64,000 bases of DNA, taken from positions 192,001 to 256,000 of IMG/VR virus record IMGVR_UViG_3300018080_000099. One strand, 5' to 3'. Below are positions 58,818 to 64,000 of this stretch, one piece after another (within the stretch, counting starts at the first letter, position 1; every line of letters begins with the position of its first letter). Below the pieces are notes generated by a model. That model had not been told where the DNA came from. It saw only the letters and a list, made by a program, of their open reading frames with translations, and did no database searches. The translations under genes and the position numbers were made by a program. The stretch is from a virus.

Positions 58818-59263
58818 TTTATATTGCTCACAGGGGAAACATAGACGGCCGGATGCCAGAGGCTGAGAACCATCCAAATCATATAAAGTACGCTTTATTT
58901 GAAGGATATGATGTGGAGATTGACTTCTGGTTAGTCGATGGTAAGATAGTGCTTGGACATGATGAACCCCAGCATGAAGTTGATAAAAGGTTCCTAATCC
59001 ATCCGAACATATGGATTCATGCTAAGAACCCCGAAGCATTTGAAATGATTGTTGGAAACCAACTCAAAGGGTTTTGGCACACGCAAGAGGACTATGCGCT
59101 CACAACGGATGGACATATCTGGGTTTACCCCGGCAACCAACTACTTAAAGATTCAATAGCTGTGCTGCCTGAAACAGTCACGAACTATGGGGTGAGTGAC
59201 TTGCAACAGTGTTTTGCCATTTGTTCCGATGAAGTCAAGAAGTTCAAGGGGTTGCTCCAATGA
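58814..59263 (+). CDS. glycerophosphodiester phosphodiesterase-like protein
   Basis: IAHRGN...E...EIDFWLVDGKIVLGHD is the N-terminal GDPD signature. 149 aa. Confidence 0.45.
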   Translation: MIYIAHRGNIDGRMPEAENHPNHIKYALFEGYDVEIDFWLVDGKIVLGHDEPQHEVDKRFLIHPNIWIHAKNPEAFEMIVGNQLKGFWHTQEDYALTTDGHIWVYPGNQLLKDSIAVLPETVTNYGVSDLQQCFAICSDEVKKFKGLLQ

Positions 59264-59958
59264 ACTTTACATTCGGCATCATCACAAACAAAGGAACTGA
59301 GAAGCGAATCAATACAATCATAGATTCTATTGAAACTCAGAAGATTCCTGAGTACGAAGTCTTGATTGTCGGTTCCGCCAAGATTGAAAGGGAACACACC
59401 AGAGTCATTCCTTTTGATGAGTCTAAGAAGCGTGCATGGATTACCAAGAAGAAGAACATGCTAACTCAAGAAGCTTCATTTGAGAACGTAGTTTACTTGC
59501 ACGACTATATCAAGTTTGAGGAAGGATGGTACGATGGTTTCCTTCAGTTCGGAAATGATTTCAAGGTATGCATGAACGTCATTCAAAACAAAGACGGCTA
59601 CCGATACCGGGACTGGAGTTTGTGGGCTGAAGATTCTCCGAAGATTGGTTTCAAGAAGGGTGAGTGTATTCTTCCTTACTGGGTAAGACACTTGACAAAG
59701 TATATGTATATCTCAGGAGCTTACTGGGTTGCTAAGAAAGATGTCATGGAAGAGTTTCCTTTGGATGAAAAATTGACCTGGGGAGCTGGTGAGGATGTTG
59801 AGTGGTCCAAACGAATCCGAGAGAAGTATGATTTCTCAATGAATGATAAGTCCAAAGTAAAACTCATGAAACAGAAAGCTGTTATTCTAAGAGCCATAAG
59901 TGATAAAAGATACAATGAGGTAATGAACATTGAGAGAGATGGAGAGAAGGAGACTTGA
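59260..59958 (+). CDS. hypothetical protein (possible glycosyltransferase)
   Basis: 232 aa ORF in the glycan cluster. Confidence 0.3.
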   Translation: MNFTFGIITNKGTEKRINTIIDSIETQKIPEYEVLIVGSAKIEREHTRVIPFDESKKRAWITKKKNMLTQEASFENVVYLHDYIKFEEGWYDGFLQFGNDFKVCMNVIQNKDGYRYRDWSLWAEDSPKIGFKKGECILPYWVRHLTKYMYISGAYWVAKKDVMEEFPLDEKLTWGAGEDVEWSKRIREKYDFSMNDKSKVKLMKQKAVILRAISDKRYNEVMNIERDGEKET

Positions 59959-60499
59959 CTTCCACATCCCTGAAAGTGGTTTGATACTGGACATGGGAGG
60001 GTTTTGTGGGCAGTGGACTCAAACGGCATTCAATCACTTTGGGTGTCGTGTTTATGTTATGGAGCCCATTAAGGAGTTCTATGAGAAAATCGTCCAGCGA
60101 TTCCAAGGGAACGACAAGATTGTTCCTTTGAACTTCGGATTGGCAGGGGAGAATACTTCAACCACCATTTATAAGAGTTTGGATGGCTCAAGCATCTTTA
60201 CAAAGAATGGTCCCTCAGAAGTCATTGAGTTGAGAAACGCCAGTGAGTTCATGGAGGAAATGGAGATAAGCTCAGTAGATTTGGCAAATGTCAACGTGGA
60301 GGGTTCGGAGTATGACATTCTCCCAAACCTGATGGAGTCGGGGAAGATTGAAGTTTTCAAGAACATTCAGATACAGTTCCACAAAAACCGAGAAGGTTAT
60401 GTGGAGAAGCGAAAAGCAATACAGGAATCATTAAGTCAGACGCACACACAGATTTGGAACTACGAAATGGCTTGGGAGTGTTGGAGGAGAAATGTCTAA
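59930..60499 (+). CDS. FkbM-family methyltransferase
   Basis: ILDMGGFCGQWT...VYVMEP resembles the FkbM domain. Alternative start at 59939. Confidence 0.5.
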   Translation: MREMERRRLDFHIPESGLILDMGGFCGQWTQTAFNHFGCRVYVMEPIKEFYEKIVQRFQGNDKIVPLNFGLAGENTSTTIYKSLDGSSIFTKNGPSEVIELRNASEFMEEMEISSVDLANVNVEGSEYDILPNLMESGKIEVFKNIQIQFHKNREGYVEKRKAIQESLSQTHTQIWNYEMAWECWRRNV

Positions 60500-61415
60500 G
60501 ATATTGATTACGGGTGCTAAAGGGCTTGTCGGTTCAGCCATTCCAATAAGCATGGATAATGTTTTGCTTGTTCCTAAAAGGTCGGATATGGATTTGATGA
60601 ATGAGCAAGATACTTGGTCATACATTTCATATCACAAGCCGGACTCTGTTATTCATTGTGCCGCTAAGGTTGGTGGGCTTGCAGGGAATATGAATCATAT
60701 GGGAGAGTTCTTTTATGAGAACATGCTAATGACAACTCAGCTCATAGAACTTTGTCGGCAGGCAGGAGTCAAGAAGGTTCTGTCCTTTCTGTCAACCTGT
60801 ATCTTTCCGGACAAAGCTGAATATCCATTGACTGAGGACCAAATACTTCTTGGGCCTCCGCATGAATCCAACTACGGTTACGCATATGCCAAACGCATGA
60901 CGTACATCCAGAGTTGTGCCTATCGTCAACAATATGGAATGAATTGTATCTGTGTTGTGCCGACAAACATCTACGGCCCCAGAGACAACTATGATTTGGA
61001 TAATGGACATGTGCTACCATCTCTCATACACAAATGCTACTTAGCTAAGCAGAACAAGACTGAGTTTGTGGTGTGGGGAAGTGGTGCGCCTTTAAGGGAG
61101 TTCATTTTCTCTGAGGATATTGGTAAGTTAGTATTGAAACTATTGGAGGATTACAATGAGGAAGAACCTATCATCCTTACAACGGGTGATGAAATTCCTA
61201 TCGGGGTGGTTGCTGGACTTGTGGCAAAGGCAATGGGCTACAAAGGCAAAATCAAATTTGATACGAGCAAGCCAGATGGACAATTCCGCAAGCCGTCATC
61301 AAATGCTAAGCTCATGGCTTTATATCCTGATTTCAAGTTCACACCAATAGAGATTGGTATTCAGCGCGCAGTTGATTGGTTTTGCCACAATTATCCAAAC
61401 GTGAGGGGAGCATGA
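60492..61415 (+). CDS. fcl: GDP-L-fucose synthase (GDP-4-keto-6-deoxymannose 3,5-epimerase/4-reductase)
   Basis: ILITGAKGLVGSAI, AAKVGG, YAYAKR, VPTNIYGPRDN, VVWGSGAPLREF and GYKGKIKFDTSKPDG align with recalled E. coli Fcl. Confidence 0.8.
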   Translation: MSKILITGAKGLVGSAIPISMDNVLLVPKRSDMDLMNEQDTWSYISYHKPDSVIHCAAKVGGLAGNMNHMGEFFYENMLMTTQLIELCRQAGVKKVLSFLSTCIFPDKAEYPLTEDQILLGPPHESNYGYAYAKRMTYIQSCAYRQQYGMNCICVVPTNIYGPRDNYDLDNGHVLPSLIHKCYLAKQNKTEFVVWGSGAPLREFIFSEDIGKLVLKLLEDYNEEEPIILTTGDEIPIGVVAGLVAKAMGYKGKIKFDTSKPDGQFRKPSSNAKLMALYPDFKFTPIEIGIQRAVDWFCHNYPNVRGA

Positions 61416-61852
61416 GCCAGTATATTCCTCAGGATAAGTACGACTACATTTTAACGCACATGCCTATTGCTTGTGTGGATGTTTGCATTGTGTCAGAGAA
61501 GGGCATCCTTCTTGTCAAAAGAAACACTGAGCCTGCGAAAGGAACTTGGTGGGTGCCCGGCGGAAGAGTTCACAAAGGAGAAACGTTGAGGGACTGTGCA
61601 TATCGTAAGTGTTTGGAAGAAGTCAACTTACACTGTTCCATTGGACCGATAGTTCATACTGATGAAACGGTATTTGATACAGGGCCATCGGGCATCCCGA
61701 TTCATTCAATCAATGTATGCTTTTTAGCAATCCCTCATACTGCTGATGTCAAGTTAGATGACTACAGTGATAGTCATGCATGGGTACCTCATATAGCTGA
61801 CAATTTCCATCCGTACGTTCGGAAGTGTTTTGAAGGTTGCGGATTCAAATAA
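61412..61852 (+). CDS. Nudix hydrolase, GDP-mannose mannosyl hydrolase-like
   Basis: Nudix box GGRVHKGETLRDCAYRKCLEEVNL. Adjacent to fcl as in gmd-fcl-gmm clusters. Start at in-frame ATG 61412. Confidence 0.6.
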   Translation: MSQYIPQDKYDYILTHMPIACVDVCIVSEKGILLVKRNTEPAKGTWWVPGGRVHKGETLRDCAYRKCLEEVNLHCSIGPIVHTDETVFDTGPSGIPIHSINVCFLAIPHTADVKLDDYSDSHAWVPHIADNFHPYVRKCFEGCGFK

Positions 61853-61863
61853 GTCTTGACAAC

Positions 61864-61871
61864 TATAAATA
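61864..61871 (+). promoter_or_regulatory. TATAAATA late-promoter motif upstream of the tmRNA
   Basis: aactataaataatta, nearly identical to the context at 51-65. Confidence 0.35.
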
Positions 61872-61898
61872 ATTATAGTATATTGTCTTAACCACAGT

Positions 61899-62258
61899 GG
61901 GGCTGTACTTGGCTTTCGACTGGGTATGTTTGTTGGATGACTGCACGCCGAGGTTGGTCAGTTGGCCTCGTAAAAAGCTGACTAAATTATAAGCGCAGAA
62001 GATTACGCTTACGCACAGGCTGCTTAATCAGTCTGCCTGAAACCCTCAAATGCCATCGGTGAGGCGAGTAAGGACCAATTTAGATGGTGTAGGGAACCTG
62101 AGGCATCATAAGGGGACCGAAGTAAATGATGCAACATATCGCCAGTATGTACTCGTTTACTGGACTTACTGGCGATTATTTGACAGTAAACTAAGCGTGT
62201 GAATGAAGTCCCAACGGGTGTACGCAACACGGCGGTTCGATTCCGCCCAGCTCCACCA
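61899..62258 (+). ncRNA. ssrA: tmRNA (SsrA)
   Basis: 5' GGGGCUG pairs with 3' CAGCUCCACCA. T-arm GGCGGUUCGAUUCCGCC. GGCCUCGUAAAAAGC block as in E. coli tmRNA. Resume codon GCA at 61995 opens a tag ORF GCA GAA GAU UAC GCU UAC GCA CAG GCU GCU UAA (AEDYAYAQAA*). Confidence 0.8.
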
Positions 62259-62448
62259 AGTTTACACTGAGAGGAATTGTTGTTCAAATACGAGCTTGGC
62301 TTCGGCCATTGTATCAGTGTACTTCCCATTGCGTGGAGTAACTGATTTATATGATGTTGAAAGAAGATTAGCCCTCTTCGCTTTTGAATCACTTATAAGG
62401 GACTCCTTAATTAGATGTGAGGTAGATATAACCCATATCTAAAGTATT

Positions 62449-62456
62449 TATAAATA
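62449..62456 (+). promoter_or_regulatory. TATAAATA motif
   Basis: Exact motif 15 nt upstream of the RBS of the 62472 gene. Confidence 0.25.
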
Positions 62457-62471
62457 ATTTTGGAGAAAGGA

Positions 62472-62987
62472 ATGAAATTTGAAGAGTACTACCTAAAAGA
62501 AGAAGATATGCCACAGTACCAGCTGTTTTGCGACATGGACGGTGTTCTCACAGACTGGGAACAAGCTTTCCTGAATCTAGGTGTAACCAAGTTGACAGGA
62601 GAGAAGTTCGAAGAAAAGAACGGCAAAGCAGCTCTTTGGGCTGTCATTACCAAACACGGCAAGCTAGACTTCTGGGAAAACATGCCGTGGACAGAAGATG
62701 GTAAGAAACTGTGGAACTATATCAAGAAGCACAAACCTACCATACTAACGACCCCCGCGAGAAATAAATACAGTAGGGATGGCAAGAAGCTTTGGATTGC
62801 CAGAGAACTTGGCAAAGATGTTGAGTACATCTTTGAGAAGGATAAGTTCAAGCACGCCAATCCACAAGCCATTCTTATTGATGATTTTGATACGAAGATA
62901 AATGACTGGGTGAACCATGACGGTGTTGGCATCCTTCATGTGACTGCCGATGACACAATCAAGCAGTTAAAGGAGTTTGGATTCTAA
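62472..62987 (+). CDS. HAD-family 5'(3')-deoxyribonucleotidase-like protein, MxFxEYYL N-terminal family
   Basis: Begins MKFEEYYLKEED. FCDMDGVLTDW is HAD motif I. RBS ggagaaagg. Confidence 0.5.
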   Translation: MKFEEYYLKEEDMPQYQLFCDMDGVLTDWEQAFLNLGVTKLTGEKFEEKNGKAALWAVITKHGKLDFWENMPWTEDGKKLWNYIKKHKPTILTTPARNKYSRDGKKLWIARELGKDVEYIFEKDKFKHANPQAILIDDFDTKINDWVNHDGVGILHVTADDTIKQLKEFGF

Positions 62988-63175
62988 TGAAGGGAACCGA
63001 CCCAGTACACCGAAATAACGCCTTCACCGAGTATTACTTTACTGATGATGATACTACGGGTACAAAGAAGGAAAAGACCTTCATCGGTCGTAAACACGAA
63101 GATTTGGGCTGGGATGTTTCCCATAAGCTCAATAAAGAAATAAAGAAGGAATATGGAATAGAGGAGCGACCATGA
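62987..63175 (+). CDS. small protein with an internal FTEYYF motif
   Basis: 62 aa ORF, TAATG overlap. NAFTEYYFTDDD at residues 12-23. Confidence 0.3.
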   Translation: MKGTDPVHRNNAFTEYYFTDDDTTGTKKEKTFIGRKHEDLGWDVSHKLNKEIKKEYGIEERP

Positions 63176-63465
63176 AGTTCGAAGAACACTATAACGCCAT
63201 AGACTTAGATAAGCTCATAACCGAAGATGATGTTGATGAATTAACTCCTGAGAAAAAGTCTTTCCTTGAGCTAGGAATGGAGATTGCCAAGAAACTTGGT
63301 ATCACCTTCAATGGCGTATGGGATGCCGAAGGACTTCCGGGAATGGAGGACTTGTTAGTTTTCACAGACCCGAAATCCCACGGCACATTTACAGCCAAGA
63401 GCGAGCCTGAAGCACGTAAGAAGTTTAAGGATATGATAACAAGCTTCGCATCGGCAGCGGCTTAA
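63172..63465 (+). CDS. small protein, MxFxE(H/Y)Y N-terminal family
   Basis: 97 aa, begins MKFEEHYNAIDLDKLITE. Confidence 0.45.
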   Translation: MKFEEHYNAIDLDKLITEDDVDELTPEKKSFLELGMEIAKKLGITFNGVWDAEGLPGMEDLLVFTDPKSHGTFTAKSEPEARKKFKDMITSFASAAA

Positions 63466-63471
63466 GGAGTT

Positions 63472-63693
63472 GTGATGAAATTCGAAGAGTATTATTTTAT
63501 GGAAGATAAAGATGTTAAGGAAGGTCTTTTGTCGGCCTTCTTAAAACCAAGACGAGACAAACAACCAGCTAACCCTTCACTGTGGCAAACACTTATGCAG
63601 AGAGCCAAAAAGCAATTTGGTAAGCGCGACAGTGATACAAAGTTCAACTGGGTATACAGAGAATATATGAAGCAGGGAGGGAAGTTCGCGTGA
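63472..63693 (+). CDS. small protein, MxFxEYY N-terminal family
   Basis: 73 aa, begins MMKFEEYYFMEDKD. Confidence 0.4.
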   Translation: MMKFEEYYFMEDKDVKEGLLSAFLKPRRDKQPANPSLWQTLMQRAKKQFGKRDSDTKFNWVYREYMKQGGKFA

Positions 63694-64000
63694 TAAGCTT
63701 CGATGAACATTACTATGACGAAATTGTAGTTGATATTCCACTTAACTTTGACCTAATGCGTTTTAACGAGGAAGGACAAATAGAGATGGACATTGAGGAA
63801 AAATACGTTCCTGAACTCATCAAGTGTGGATTCTTGAAGAAGTCTGTCAAGGAAGCTACACTAGGTAAAATGAAGAAAGGAATCGTCAAGGTTACGGACC
63901 CGGAGACTGGGAAGGAAACAGACTTCGAGGCGTCCGTAGGTAATGCTAAAATCGGAGGCGAGACAATCGTTATCAATATGTCAACGGCTAAGCAGTGCAT
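63690..64000 (+). CDS. small protein (3'-partial at window end), FDEHYY N-terminus
   Basis: GTG start overlapping the upstream stop (GTGA). VISFDEHYYDEIVV. Runs off the window. Confidence 0.3.
   Translation, partial: MISFDEHYYDEIVVDIPLNFDLMRFNEEGQIEMDIEEKYVPELIKCGFLKKSVKEATLGKMKKGIVKVTDPETGKETDFEASVGNAKIGGETIVINMSTAKQC

Noticed and set aside
62259-62448. Possible tRNA gene(s) downstream of the tmRNA
   Set aside because: No acceptor/T-arm pairing or GTTC-like T-loop could be found by eye. Only a weak 4-bp hairpin is present. The region looks like an ordinary intergenic leader with a promoter.

Overview
This window reads as one contiguous stretch of a T4-superfamily myovirus genome (about 42% GC by eye). 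Every convincing gene is on the + strand. No integrase, repressor or other lysogeny marker is visible, so it looks like a lytic virion genome rather than a prophage.

From 5' to 3' the layout is:
1. A T4-type head and packaging module: scaffold (gp22-like), major capsid protein (gp23), a gp13-like neck protein, terminase small and large subunits (gp16/gp17).
2. A contractile tail module: sheath (gp18), tube (gp19), a tape-measure-like protein with a C-terminal M15 peptidoglycan peptidase, hub (gp27), a spike that has only the gp5 N-terminal domain, gp25 and a gp6/J-like wedge protein.
3. A roughly 12 kb cluster of six paralogous fibre or tailspike genes. They share a reused N-terminal adaptor module, PKD domains, and one carries a 12-residue Ser/Asp/Glu tandem repeat.
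4. RegA, then a large acidic AT-hook protein built from three repeat arrays.
5. An accessory region of small genes. It holds candidate NAD-salvage enzymes, a possible RNA-repair trio (ligase-like, P-loop kinase, metallophosphoesterase) and an AT-rich HNH/NUMOD3 homing-endonuclease island.
6. A roughly 17 kb glycan-biosynthesis island: GT2 glycosyltransferases, a GT11 alpha-1,2- and a GT10 alpha-1,3-fucosyltransferase, a beta4GalT-type motif, NeuB and NeuA-like nonulosonic-acid enzymes, a Maf/GT42-like transferase, two sulfotransferases, a radical-SAM/SPASM enzyme, methyltransferases, GDP-fucose synthase and GDP-mannose mannosyl hydrolase.
7. A phage-encoded tmRNA of about 360 nt that encodes a tag peptide ending in AA.

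The most notable cross-cutting signal is a peptide-level conserved N-terminal decapeptide, M-x-F-x-E-Y-(Y/L)-L-x-E, on about 18 otherwise unrelated genes. It resembles the T4 capsid-targeting sequence and its L/I-x-E prohead-protease cleavage site. T4-type late promoter motifs (TATAAATA) and several clean rho-independent terminators are also present.
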